From: Neoechinorhynchus agilis
Taxonomy: Eukaryota; Animalia; Acanthocephala
DNA length: 64,000 nt
Direction of reading: 5' to 3'
NCBI GenBank assembly: GCA_051530055.1
Contig: CM121341.1
Span: 3,693,761-3,757,760 of the forward strand
Below the pieces are notes generated by a model. The model ran no database searches. It was not told where the DNA came from and saw only the letters and a program-made list of their open reading frames with translations. Both the position numbers and the translations under genes were made by a program. How positions within the stretch are numbered: position 1 is the first letter of the stretch; the number at the start of each line of letters is the position of its first letter. Shown piece after piece: positions 49,170 to 61,365 of this stretch.

Positions 49170-50450
49170 AAGATTCATTCCTCTTAAAGATATGAATTAA
49201 CGTTTAATTTCCGGAAATTCATTGATTCGATTTTTACTTCTGTTATTCTTTTCCAGCAATCTAAGGGCATTTTTGACGATCTAAAATTTTAAAGAGCGTT
49301 TACAGTAATTTTTGTCGCTAATAAAATTGCGAAATAAGCAAAGTGGCAACTAAAAACAAAAGGTTTATTCTTGTAAAAGATATGAATTAATGTTTAATTT
49401 CCCGAAATGCATTGATTCGATTTCTTGCTTCTGTAATCTTTTTTTATGGCAACCAAAGGTTCGTATTTTAGACGATTTAAATTTGACCTTAATAAAATGG
49501 AGAAATAGGCAAGGTGGCAACTAAAATAAAAGATTCATTCTTGTTAAAGATATAAATTAACATTTAATTTCCGTAAATTCATTGTTTCGATTTCTTGCTT
49601 CTTTTATCCTTTTTCTAGCAATCTAAGGTTCGTATTTTAGACGATTTAAGATTTTAAAGAGCGTTTACAGTACTCTTTTGTCCTTAATAAAATTGAGAAA
49701 TAAGCAAAGTGGCAACTAAAAATAAAAGATTCATTCTTGCTAAAGATATGAATTAACATTTAATTTCCGGAAATTCATTGATTCGATTTTTTGCTTCTTT
49801 TATCCTTTTTCTAGCAATCTAAGGTTCGTATTTTAGACGATTTAAGATTTTAAAGAGCGTTTACAGTACTCTTTGGTCCTTAATAAAATGGAGAAATAGG
49901 CAAAGTGGCAACTAAAATAAAAGATTCATTCTTGTTAAAGATATGAATTAACATTTAATTTCCGAAAATTCATTGTTTCGATTTCTTGCTTCTTTTATCC
50001 TTTTTCTAGCAATCTAAGGTTCGTATTTTAGACGATTTAAGATTTTAAAGAGCGTTTACAGTACTCTTTTGTCCTTAATAAAATGGAGAAATAGGCAAAG
50101 TGGCAACTAAAAATAAAAGAATCATTCTTGCTAAAGATATGAATTAACATTTAATTTCCGAAAATTCATTGTTTCGATTTCTTGCTTCTTTTATCTTTTT
50201 TTCTAGCAATCTAAGGTTCGTATTTTAGACGATTTAAGATTTTAGAGGACGTTTACAGTACTTTTTGACCTTAATAAAATTGCGAAATAAGCAAAGTGGC
50301 AACTAAAAATAAAAGATTCATTCTTGCTAAAGATATAAATTAACATTTAATTTCCGAAAATTCATTGATTCGATTTTTTGCTTCTGTTATCTTTTTTTCT
50401 AGCAATCTAAGGTTCGCATTTTAGACGATTTAAGATTTTAGAGGACGTTT
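49170..50450. repeat. Tandem array 5, ~196-bp AT-rich unit, ~6.5 copies, more diverged at the left end
   Basis: GCAAAGTGGCAACTAAAA occurs at 49338, 49509, 49704, 49900, 50095 and 50291. Confidence 0.93.
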
Positions 50451-51091
50451 CCAATCCTTCTAAGCTTCAATTTTACTAATGATTCGCTGTTCTTATAATT
50501 TAGATTTTGACGCGAACCTTTAATTGTTTATAGGACGCAAAATTTCTGATAGCCTACATTCGACACAATACCTTTTATTTAATAACACCTTTTCGAAATG
50601 GTATCCTTACATCACATTTCCCATTGTGTGAAAGTCAGCTTCCAGCTATTTGACTAGACGTTTAAAGTTCAAACTTTGAACCCCTGGAGAGCTCCCAGGA
50701 CTCATAATAACCGCGTGCGCGCGACGTTAACCGTTCGTTTTCGTGTACATTTTAACTAGTCGACAAAAAAATTCATTTTTGTTCAACAAAAAAAATCGAA
50801 TTCATCGTCAATGTGTGCATTTTTCGTTTTAGTTTTCGATTGTAACAAACCTCCTCCCCGATTGTTCGTGTGTTCCAAGCGAGTGGCGACGGACCAGTGC
50901 ATTTCACCTAAAAACTAAACTTCGGTGGCCACTGCTCTCGTATCCTCACTGCTCCGTGTTTGACATCTAACCTCTGCACATTTTGAATAGGCTGTCCGCC
51001 GAGTCGCTCTATGAAACAAAACATCACATCTTGGTCCCCCCACCCAAAAACCCTAGTTCTTCTCTTCTCAACTTCGACCTCTTTCTAGAGA

Positions 51092-51448
51092 ATGGGCAAA
51101 TCAGCATCGAAGCAGAACCGTAATACACAACCACCAATGGCCGGACCAATGGGAGCCATGCAAATGAACCCGTTTGGTCAACCTCAACAACCAGTTGGAC
51201 CGATGCCGTTCGGTCAGATGCCCATGGCACCACCTCAGTACGGAGGACCAATGCCGATTATGCAACAACAACAACCGTGCTTCGTTGTACCGCCTCAGAA
51301 TTTCCCTCCACAAGCCCCGGCTCAATTCTTCGCCCCATTCGTGCCACCAATGCCACCTCATCAGTTCCAAGGATATAGAGAAATGCAACCTGCACAAGGA
51401 TATTCATCTGTATCGTCTCAGGGATCTTCGAGACAGCGACGGCATTGA
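51092..51448 (+). CDS. Pro/Gln/Met/Gly-rich low-complexity 118-aa protein with an N-myristoylation-like start (MGKSAS)
   Basis: Coherent compositional bias. A polypyrimidine tract plus TAG lies 3 nt before the ATG, and AATAAA follows at ~51485. Confidence 0.6.
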   Translation: MGKSASKQNRNTQPPMAGPMGAMQMNPFGQPQQPVGPMPFGQMPMAPPQYGGPMPIMQQQQPCFVVPPQNFPPQAPAQFFAPFVPPMPPHQFQGYREMQPAQGYSSVSSQGSSRQRRH

Positions 51449-51699
51449 AACATTTTGATCCATATAGTAATATTCTTTTAAGAGAATAAATAATTAGATA
51501 GAATCTTGAACTTTAAACACATCTTTAAATCATACACAAAGTTTTTCAAATAACTAACAATTTCGTTCATTGCAATACACAATCTTTTTTAGGCTTGCGC
51601 TCGGCTACGATTAAAGATTTCGACCGTTAAAGTTATTGAAACATACAAATCTTACCGAAAAAAATTAAGCCGAAAGCGAATTCAAGTTTATTGTTTAAT

Positions 51700-52190
51700 G
51701 CAACAGAAAATAGAAGCCAATGGAGAGGTGTTGATCGTCATTTCGGATCGAAAATATTTTATTAAAATATTTCAAGAGGAAGCTTTCAATTGGTTAAAAA
51801 ATGAGATTAAGGGTATGAAGGTTAAACAATGCATCAAATTCCTCCCGTAAGTGATCAATAGTAAGATCAAGGACTTTAAAGGTTCTTTTCCAAGAAGTCA
51901 TTAGCGGGATTCACGATATGAGGAATTGTATCGACATACTTAAATGACTATTAAACACAGAGCTTTTAGAATCTCCACTTTTAGACGACGATTGATGAAG
52001 CAAGGCTACGTTGCGAAATATCTGAATCACATTAAAAGCGAATTTCGAACGAAGACCGAATGCAACCCAATGAAGTCCCAACGTTTCGGGAGCTTTTACG
52101 CTGCAGTTGACATCTCATGGCTTGATTTTCGAAAGACTAAAGGAACTATCGTGACGTCTGTCGATGTCTTTAATATCAATATAGAAAAAT
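51700..52190 (+). mobile_element. Degenerate Penelope-like RT C-terminal remnant (tentative)
   Basis: IKFLP*VIN and KHRAFRIS..RRRLMKQGY resemble PLE RT motifs (FLD..I; RA..IS...L..NGY). Confidence 0.4.
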
Positions 52191-54313
52191 TTCGACCTGA
52201 ACTTTTTGAACCGTTTTCTCCTCGTTATCCATAAAAGTGCATTTCTTCATCAACATTTCATTTATTGAGGACTAATAAATGTAAAAAACGTTAATTTTAA
52301 CGCTATCTTCTCGCTTGATTCGATTTATTGACCCTTTTAGTGATTGAACGTTCTCCAATAATAACGTCAATGTTCAAAATAATCACCCTTGGAAAGGTAG
52401 ATTGTACAAATGACTGTTTGTTGTCATTCTCGGGATCTCAAATTACGTTTAGTTAAAATCATAAGTCCCAAAGAAGAAGCTTGTAATCTCCAGTTTCTTG
52501 CCACCGTCTCGTATTCTAACATTTTTCCAAGTAGATATACGAAATTTCGGTCTAAAACAAGCGAAATGCTTTTTGCGCAATATCGTTTTTTTAACAAAAA
52601 TATTTTGATTATTTTTAAGCGAATTTCGACCTGAACTTTTTGCCACGTTTTCTCCTCGTTATCCAAAAAAGTGCATTTCTTCATCAACATTTCATTTATT
52701 GAAGACTCTAATAAACGTAAAAAACGTTAATTTTAACGCTATCTTCTCGCTTGATTCGATTTATTGACCCTTTTAGTGATTGAACGTTCTCCAATAATAA
52801 CGTCAATGTTCAAAATAATCACCCTTGGAAAGGTAGATTATACATATGACTATTTGTTGTCATTCTCGGGATCTCAAATTACGTTTAGTTAAAATCATAA
52901 GTCCCAAAGAAGAAGCTTGTAATCTCCAGTTTCTTGCCACCGTCTCGTATTCTAACATTTTTCCAAGTAGATATACGAAATTTCGGTCTAAAACAAGCGA
53001 AATGCTTTTTGCGCAATATCGTTTTTTTAACAAAAATATTTTGATTATTTTTAAGCGAATTTCGACCTGAACTTTTTGCCACGTTTTCTCCTCGTTATCC
53101 AAAAAGTGCATTTCTTCATCAACATTTCATTTATTGAAGACTCTAATAAATGTAAAAAACGTTAATTTTAACGCTATCTTCTCGCTTGATTCGATTTATT
53201 GACCCTTTAGTGATTGAACGTTCTCCAATAATAACGTCAATGTTCAAAATAATCACCCTTGAAAGGTAGATTATACATATGACTATTTGTTGTCATTCTC
53301 GGGATCTCAAATACGTTTAGTTAAAATCATAAGTCCCAAAGAAGAAGCTTGTAATTCCAGTTTCTTGCCACCGTCTCGTATTCTAACATTTTTCCAAGTA
53401 GATATACGAAATTTCGGTCTAAAACAAGCGAAATGCTTTTTGCGCAATATCGTTTTTTTAACAAAAATATTTTGATTATTTTTAAGCGAATTTCGACCTG
53501 AACTTTTTGCCACGTTTTCTCCTCGTTATCCAAAAAAGTGCATTTCTTCATCAACATTTCATTTATTGAAGACTCTAATAAACGTAAAAAACGTTAATTT
53601 TAACGCTATCTTCTCGCTTGATTCGATTTATTGACCCTTTTAGTGATTGAACGTTCTCCAATAATAACGTCAATGTTCAAAATAATCACCCTTGGAAAGG
53701 TAGATTATACATATGACTATTTGTTGTCATTCTCGGGATCTCAAATTACGTTTAGTTAAAATCATAAGTCCCAAAGAAGAAGCTTGTAATCTCCAGTTTC
53801 TTGCCACCGTCTCGTATTCTAACATTTTTCCAAGTAGATATACGAAATTTCGGTCTAAAACAAGCGAAATGCTTTTTGCGCAATATCGTTTTTTTAACAA
53901 AAATATTTTGATTATTTTTAAGCGAATTTCGACCTGAACTTTTTGCCACGTTTTCTCCTCGTTATCCAAAAAAGTGCATTTCTTCATCAACATTTCATTT
54001 ATTGAAGACTCTAATAAACGTAAAAAACGTTAATTTTAACGCTATCTTCTCGCTTGATTCGATTTATTGACCCTTTTAGTGATTGAACGTTCTCCAATAA
54101 TAACGTCAATGTTCAAAATAATCACCCTTGGAAAGGTAGATTATACATATGACTATTTGTTGTCATTCTCGGGATCTCAAATTACGTTTAGTTAAAATCA
54201 TAAGTCCCAAAGAAGAAGCTTGTAATCTCCAGTTTCTTGCCACCGTCTCGTATTCTAACATTTTTCCAAGTAGATATACGAAATTTCGGTCTAAAACAAG
54301 CGAAATGCTTTTT
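52185..54313. repeat. Tandem array 6, 436-bp unit, ~4.9 copies
   Basis: Near-identical ORFs start at 52410, 52846 and 53713. The array ends 202 nt from the FCP1 stop codon. Confidence 0.96.
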
Positions 54314-54514
54314 CCACAAAATTGAATTGAACAAAAGAACTCAGAAATCTGTTAGCTAACCGAAATAGATGATCCGTTTGGAATAAAAAGCGATTGAAAA
54401 CAGCGTATAATTGTGTTTTTTTTCGGGATTTCTTCCAAAATGCGAGCCACGTCCAAATACCGAATAAAAAAAAGAGTCGAAAAAGTGTATAGGTCGTATT
54501 TACAATCGTCCAAC

Positions 54515-56224
54515 TCACTCATGTACGCACTCTGCATTCCTCTCAAGTTTTTCCTTAACTTCAAAGGAACTCGTAGCGTCTTCGTTATAGTTGTTGTGTT
54601 CTCCATGAACTTCAAATCGTCTCTTTACTGCTCCTTGCGCTATTTGGTGGTCAATACATTCATTATCAGATTCTATGCTACTGAGATCCATGTCGTCAAG
54701 TTCGGAAGCTCGAATGTCATATAAATAAGGACAAGATTTTTTAAAATTATACGATATACGAGGTCGATATCTGTCTTCAGGCATCCGTTTCCAATAAACA
54801 AAACAATCCCATAACCAACTTGGAGTGACCAATTCGTATGTTCTGGTACGTTTCGCGATTTTAGCTTTTCGAGTGTTTCGGCGACCAACAATGCAATGAG
54901 TAATGAGTGGATCTTCGAAATCGGAAGTGATTGTTGCACCAAGTTTTCGAGTATAGTAGCTAATTGAACATTGTTCAAGAGCGTCCAAATCGCCTGATTT
55001 GACTACACCCGTTAAGAATATCCGAACATTTTGAAGAATTTTCGATCTTTCCATGTCCATGACTTCATGTACGGTGGTACGTGGTTCCGTTGAGAAATAA
55101 CGTGCATGGATCCGGATAAGAATCCTTTCTAAATCCTTTAAATAATCACTATCGTCTTGGTCAATTAAAGTCTCAATACTTTCGACCAAATCGTTGACGA
55201 CTGCTTGTTCAACCGTTACATTAGGACGTGGTCTATAACCGATGAGTCTCATGTAAGTGTCAAACACTTGTCTTAATGGTGAGTTTCTGAAATAAGAGAA
55301 CGCTTTCACAACTACTTGATTATCAGCGTGATTCCAAACATCGAATCGATCGTCAATTATAACGACCATATGATCACCTGATGGATATATCGATTTAAGA
55401 TTCAAAGTTTTGTCGCTTAGATCAACACATTCGTCACGAGTAACGATTCGTCCACTGAATAAAGTCTCGTTTGGATCAATAAACCTCACAATCTCCCGGG
55501 CGTACGATCGTTGACCAAGAGTAAACACATCCATTCGATATAGATGTCTAATGTTTTCAAAGAACTCATGAACGCCATTTCTAAACCTTGAACAGTACGT
55601 ATTGTGATCTCCATCGATTCTGAACAAATGAGTTAAACGGTCATTTGTAAAACGATTGAAACGCCCTCGGCGACAAGTGGAATCCACGATTGTCTGATCG
55701 AGATCTACGACCAGAATAAGCCGTTTTTCATTCTCAAGACGAACCATCTCACTTTCGGATATTCTTAAACCTTCTTCTCTCGTTATTTGTATCGAAGGCA
55801 TCTCATGAACCATCGACAATCGACAAGTACTCTCCGAATCATTGACAATCTCGCCACAATCACTGCACGTGGTGTGCAATATAATCCGGTGAAGGCAGGA
55901 TTTCAAAACTAAAATAGGCGTCCGGTGCCGGATATCTTCACCTCTTCGTACGTACAACTCATGGACTAATCCTTTGCCCGGGGAACGAAGCTGTCGGCGG
56001 GTATCCATTGGACTACCGTCCGGATTTAATTGCCGAAATGTGAGAACAATGTCATTCTGACGAACAAATGAGTTCTTTTGAACAAACAAACCAACCACAC
56101 GAGCTTCAATCTTGAACGGAAAACAAATCCGCCGTGATAGACCAATCCTTGGATCATTCTTACTTGTCATTCTCTTTTCTTCAACCGAAATAACAAAACT
56201 TCTCCAAAAAACTACACTCGTCAT
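54515..56224 (-). CDS. FCP1: RNA polymerase II CTD phosphatase FCP1/CTDP1-like, intronless; start at ATG 56224 or 56170
   Basis: N-terminal LRSP..G.VHEL and C.H..I...TCSDCG region, catalytic LVVDLDQTIV (DxDxT), VVIIDDR.DVW, and a BRCT domain (ILQNVRIFLTG...LGA...THCIV...VTPSWLWDC..YW). Confidence 0.92.
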   Translation of the reverse strand: MTSVVFWRSFVISVEEKRMTSKNDPRIGLSRRICFPFKIEARVVGLFVQKNSFVRQNDIVLTFRQLNPDGSPMDTRRQLRSPGKGLVHELYVRRGEDIRHRTPILVLKSCLHRIILHTTCSDCGEIVNDSESTCRLSMVHEMPSIQITREEGLRISESEMVRLENEKRLILVVDLDQTIVDSTCRRGRFNRFTNDRLTHLFRIDGDHNTYCSRFRNGVHEFFENIRHLYRMDVFTLGQRSYAREIVRFIDPNETLFSGRIVTRDECVDLSDKTLNLKSIYPSGDHMVVIIDDRFDVWNHADNQVVVKAFSYFRNSPLRQVFDTYMRLIGYRPRPNVTVEQAVVNDLVESIETLIDQDDSDYLKDLERILIRIHARYFSTEPRTTVHEVMDMERSKILQNVRIFLTGVVKSGDLDALEQCSISYYTRKLGATITSDFEDPLITHCIVGRRNTRKAKIAKRTRTYELVTPSWLWDCFVYWKRMPEDRYRPRISYNFKKSCPYLYDIRASELDDMDLSSIESDNECIDHQIAQGAVKRRFEVHGEHNNYNEDATSSFEVKEKLERNAECVHE

Positions 56225-56346
56225 CTCTAATACCCAGAGCGCTTCCAAGTAACTGTCTATCGTGTATCGAGCGGAAATTCGGTTGTTTTTCTCGCCTAAA
56301 AGACGCAAAAAATTGGTGTTGTCGGAAACATCTCCTTTTAGGGGTG

Positions 56347-59300
56347 GATTCGTTCTAAGGAGATCCTCATTTAAGTTGTGCTTAGAATATTTTGAATTCA
56401 ATGTATCTATTTCACTCGAATTTCTTCTTTTCTCTCATGCCAAAAAGGAAAAAAGTCCGAATTTTAAAACCAAAGCAAAGAAAAAGATCTTAATTCTAAA
56501 TTCAGGAAATTCATTTAATAGATTAATGGATTCGTTCTAAGGAGATCCTCATTTAAGTTGTGCTTAGAACATTTTGAATTCAATGTATCTATTTCACTCG
56601 AATTTCTTCTTTTTTCTCATGCCAAAAAGGAAAAAAGTCCTAATTTTAAAACCAAAGCAAAGAAAAAGACCTTAATTCTAAATTCAGGAAATTCATTTAA
56701 TAGATTAATGGATTCGTTATAAGGAGATCCTCATTTAAGTTGTCCTTAGAACATTTTGAATTCAATGTATCTATTTCACTCGAATTTCTTCTTTTCTCTC
56801 ATGCCAAAAAGGAAAAAAGTCCTAATTTTAAAACCAAAGCAAAGAAAAAGACCTTAATTCTAAATTCAGGAAATTCATTTAATAGATTAATGGATTCGTT
56901 ATAAGGAGATCCTCATTTAAGTTGTCCTTAGAACATTTTGAATTCAATGTATCTATTTCACTCGAATTTCTTCTTTTTCTCATGCCAAAAAAAAAAAGTC
57001 CTAATTTTAAAACCAAAGCAAAGAAAAAGACCTTAATTCTAAATTCAGGAAATTCATTTAATAGATTAATGGATTCGTTATAAGGAGATCCTCATTTAAG
57101 TTGTGCTTAGAACATTTTGAATTCAATGTATCTATTTCACTCGAATTTCTTCTTTTTTCTCATGCCAAAAAGGGAAAAAGTCCGAATTTTAAAACCAAAG
57201 CAAAGAAAAAGACCTTAATTCTAAATTCAGGAAATTCATTTAATAGATTAATGGATTCGTTATAAGGAGATCCTCATTTAAGTTGTGCTTAGAACATTTT
57301 GAATTCAATGTATCTATTTCACTCGAATTTCTTCTTTTTTCTCATGCCAAAAAGGAAAAAAGTCCGAATTTTAAAACCAAAGCAAAGAAAAAGACCTTAA
57401 TTCTAAATTCAGGAAATTCATTTAATAGATTAATGGATTCGTTATAAGGAGATCCTCATTTAAGTTGTGCTTAGAACATTTTGAATTCAATGTATCTATT
57501 TCACTCGAATTTCTTCTTTTTTCTCATGCCAAAAAGGAAAAAAGTCCTAATTTTAAAACCAAAGCAAAGAAAAAGACCTTAATTCTAAATTCAGGAAATT
57601 CATTTAATAGATTAATGGATTCGTTATAAGGAGATCCTCATTTAAGTTGTGCTTAGAACATTTTGAATTCAATGTATCTATTTCACTGAATTTCTTCTTT
57701 TTCTCATGCCAAAAAGGAAAAAAGTCCTAATTTTAAAACCAAAGCAAAGAAAAAGACCTTAATTCTAAATTCAGGAAATTCATTTAATAGATTAATGGAT
57801 TCGTTCTAAGGAGATCCTCATTTGTTGCTTAGAACATTTTGAATTCAATGTATCTATTTCACTCGAATTTCTTCTTTTTTCTCATGCCAAAAAGGAAAAA
57901 AGTCCTAATTTTAAAACCAAAGCAAAGAAAAAGACCTTAATTCTAAATTCAGGAAATTCATTTAATAGATTAATGGATTCGTTATAAGGAGATCCTCATT
58001 TAAGTTGTCCTTAGAACATTTTGAATTCAATGTATCTATTTCACTCGAATTTCTTCTTTTTTCTCATGCCAAAAAGGAAAAAAGTCCTAATTTTAAAACC
58101 AAAGCAAAGAAAAAGACCTTAATTCTAAATTCAGGAAATTCATTTAATAGATTAATGGATTCGTTATAAGGAGATCCTCATTTAAGTTGTCCTTAGAACA
58201 TTTTGAATTCAATGTATCTATTTCACTCGAATTTCTTCTTTTTTCTCATGCCAAAAAGGAAAAAAGTCCTAATTTTAAAACCAAAGCAAAGAAAAAGACC
58301 TTAATTCTAAATTCAGGAAATTCATTTAATAGATTAATGGATTCGTTATAAGGAGATCCTCATTTAAGTTGTCCTTAGAACATTTTGAATTCAATGTATC
58401 TATTTCACTCGAATTTCTTCTTTTTTCTCATGCCAAAAAGGAAAAAAGTCCTAATTTTAAAACCAAAGCAAAGAAAAAGACCTTAATTCTAAATTCAGGA
58501 AATTCATTTAATAGATTAATGGATTCGTTATAAGGAGATCCTCATTTAAGTTGTCCTTAGAACATTTTGAATTCAATGTATCTATTTCACTCGAATTTCT
58601 TCTTTTCTCATGCCAAAAAGGAAAAAAGTCCTAATTTTAAAACCAAAGCAAAGAAAAAGACCTTAATTCTAAATTCAGGAAATTCATTTAATAGATTAAT
58701 GGATTCGTTATAAGGAGATCCTCATTTAAGTTGTCCTTAGAACATTTTGAATTCAATGTATCTATTTCACTCGAATTTCTTCTTTTTTTCATGCCAAAAA
58801 GGAAAAAAGTCCTAATTTTAAAACCAAAGCAAAGAAAAAGACCTTAATTCTAAATTCAGGAAATTCATTTAATAGATTAATGGATTCGTTATAAGGAGAT
58901 CCTCATTTAAGTTGTCCTTAGAACATTTTGAATTCAATGTATCTATTTCACTCGAATTTCTTCTTTTTTCTCATGCCAAAAAGGAAAAAAGTCCTAATTT
59001 TAAAACCAAAGCAAAGAAAAAGACCTTAATTCTAAATTCAGGAAATTCATTTAATAGATTAATGGATTCGTTATAAGGAGATCCTCATTTAAGTTGTCCT
59101 TAGAACATTTTGAATTCAATGTATCTATTTCACTCGAATTTCTTCTTTTTTCTCATGCCAAAAAGGAAAAAAGTCCTAATTTTAAAACCAAAGCAAAGAA
59201 AAAGACCTTAATTCTAAATTCAGGAAATTCATTTAATAGATTAATGGATTCGTTATAAGGAGATCCTCATTTAAGTTGTCCTTAGAACATTTTGAATTCA

Positions 59301-61365
59301 ATGTATCTATTTCACTCGAATTTCTTCTTTTTTCTCATGCCAAAAAGGAAAAAAGTCCTAATTTTAAAACCAAAGCAAAGAAAAAGACCTTAATTCTAAA
59401 TTCAGGAAATTCATTTAATAGATTAATGGATTCGTTATAAGGAGATCCTCATTTAAGTTGTCCTTAGAACATTTTGAATTCAATGTATCTATTTCACTCG
59501 AATTTCTTCTTTTTTCTCATGCCAAAAAGGAAAAAAGTCCTAATTTTAAAACCAAAGCAAAGAAAAAGACCTTAATTCTAAATTCAGGAAATTCATTTAA
59601 TAGATTAATGGATTCGTTATAAGGAGATCCTCATTTAAGTTGTCCTTAGAACATTTTGAATTCAATGTATCTATTTCACTCGAATTTCTTCTTTTTTCTC
59701 ATGCCAAAAAGGAAAAAAGTCCTAATTTTAAAACCAAAGCAAAGAAAAAGATCTTAATTCTAAATTCAGGAAATTCATTTAATAGATTAATGGATTCGTT
59801 ATAAGGAGATCCTCATTTAAGTTGTCCTTAGAACATTTTGAATTCAATGTATCTATTTCACTCGAATTTCTTCTTTTTCTCATGCCAAAGGAAAAAAGTC
59901 TAATTTTAAAACCAAAGCAAAGAAAAAGACCTTAATTCTAAATTCAGGAAATTCATTTAATAGATTAATGGATTCGTTATAAGGAGATCCTCATTTAAGT
60001 TGTCCTTAGAACATTTTGAATTCAATGTATCTATTTCACTCGAATTTCTTCTTTTTTCTCATGCCAAAAAGGAAAAAAGTCCTAATTTTAAAACCAAAGC
60101 AAAGAAAAAGACCTTAATTCTAAATTCAGGAAATTCATTTAATAGATTAATGGATTCGTTATAAGGAGATCCTCATTTAAGTTGTCCTTAGAACATTTTG
60201 AATTCAATGTATCTATTTCACTCGAATTTCTTCTTTTTTCTCATGCCAAAAAGGGAAAAAGTCCTAATTTTAAAACCAAAGCAAAGAAAAAGACCTTAAT
60301 TCTAAATTCAGGAAATTCATTTAATAGATTAATGGATTCGTTATAAGGAGATCCTCATTTAGTTGTGCTTAGAACATTTTGAATTCAATGTATCTTTTCA
60401 CTCAATTCTTCTTTTTTCTCATGCCAAAAAGGAAAAAAGTCCTAATTTTAAAACCAAAGCAAAGAAAAAGATCTTAATTCTAAATTCAGGAAATTCATTT
60501 AATAGATTAATGGATTCGTTATAAGGAGATCCTCATTTAAGTTGTCCTTAGAACATTTTGAATTCAATGTATCTATTTCACTCGAATTTCTTCTTTTTTC
60601 TCATGCCAAAAAGGAAAAAAGTCCTAATTTTAAAACCAAAGCAAAGAAAAAGACCTTAATTCTAAATTCAGGAAATTCATTTAATAGATTAATGGATTCG
60701 TTATAAGGAGTCCTCATTAAGTTGTCCTTGAACATTTTGAATTCAATGTATCTATTTCACTCAATTTCTTTTTCTCATGCCAAAAAGGAAAAAAGTCCTA
60801 ATTTTAAAACCAAAGCAAAGAAAAAGACCTTAATTCTAAATTCAGGAAATTCATTTAATAGATTAATGGATTCGTTATAAGGAGATCCTCATTTAAGTTG
60901 TGCTTAGAACATTTTGAATTCAATGTATCTATTTCACTCGAATTTCTTCTTTTTTCTCATGCCAAAAAGGAAAAAAGTCCTAATTTTAAAACCAAAGCAA
61001 AGAAAAAGACCTTAATTCTAAATTCAGGAAATTCATTTAATAGATTAATGGATTCGTTATAAGGAGATCCTCATTTAAGTTGTCCTTAGAACATTTTGAA
61101 TTCAATGTATCTATTTCACTCGAATTTCTTCTTTTTTCTCATGCCAAAAAGGAAAAAAGTCCTAATTTTAAAACCAAAGCAAAGAAAAAGATCTTAATTC
61201 TAAATTCAGGAAATTCATTTAATAGATTAATGGATTCGTTATAAGGAGATCCTCATTTAAGTTGCCCTTAGAACATTTTGAATTCAATGTATCTATTTCA
61301 CTCGAATTTCTTCTTTTTTCTCATGCCAAAAAGGAAAAAAGTCCTAATTTTAAAACCAAAGCAAA
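56347..61365. repeat. Tandem array 7, 180-bp unit, ~28 highly homogeneous copies, directly upstream of FCP1
   Basis: GGATTCGTTATAAGGAGATCCTCATTTAAG recurs every ~180 bp. Variant copies (TTCTAAGG, GTGCTTAG, GTCCGAAT) cluster at the gene-proximal end. Confidence 0.98.

Noticed and set aside
51024-51458. Alternative-frame and antisense ORFs overlapping real genes or TEs (e.g. 51101-51397, 54673-54978, 27420-27797)
   Set aside because: Shadow frames of better-supported coding regions with no independent evidence.
56225-56401. 59-aa N-terminal extension of FCP1 in the ORF track
   Set aside because: It begins at TTG inside the terminal satellite copy. The only nearby ATG (56438) is out of frame, and FCP1 homology starts after 56170.
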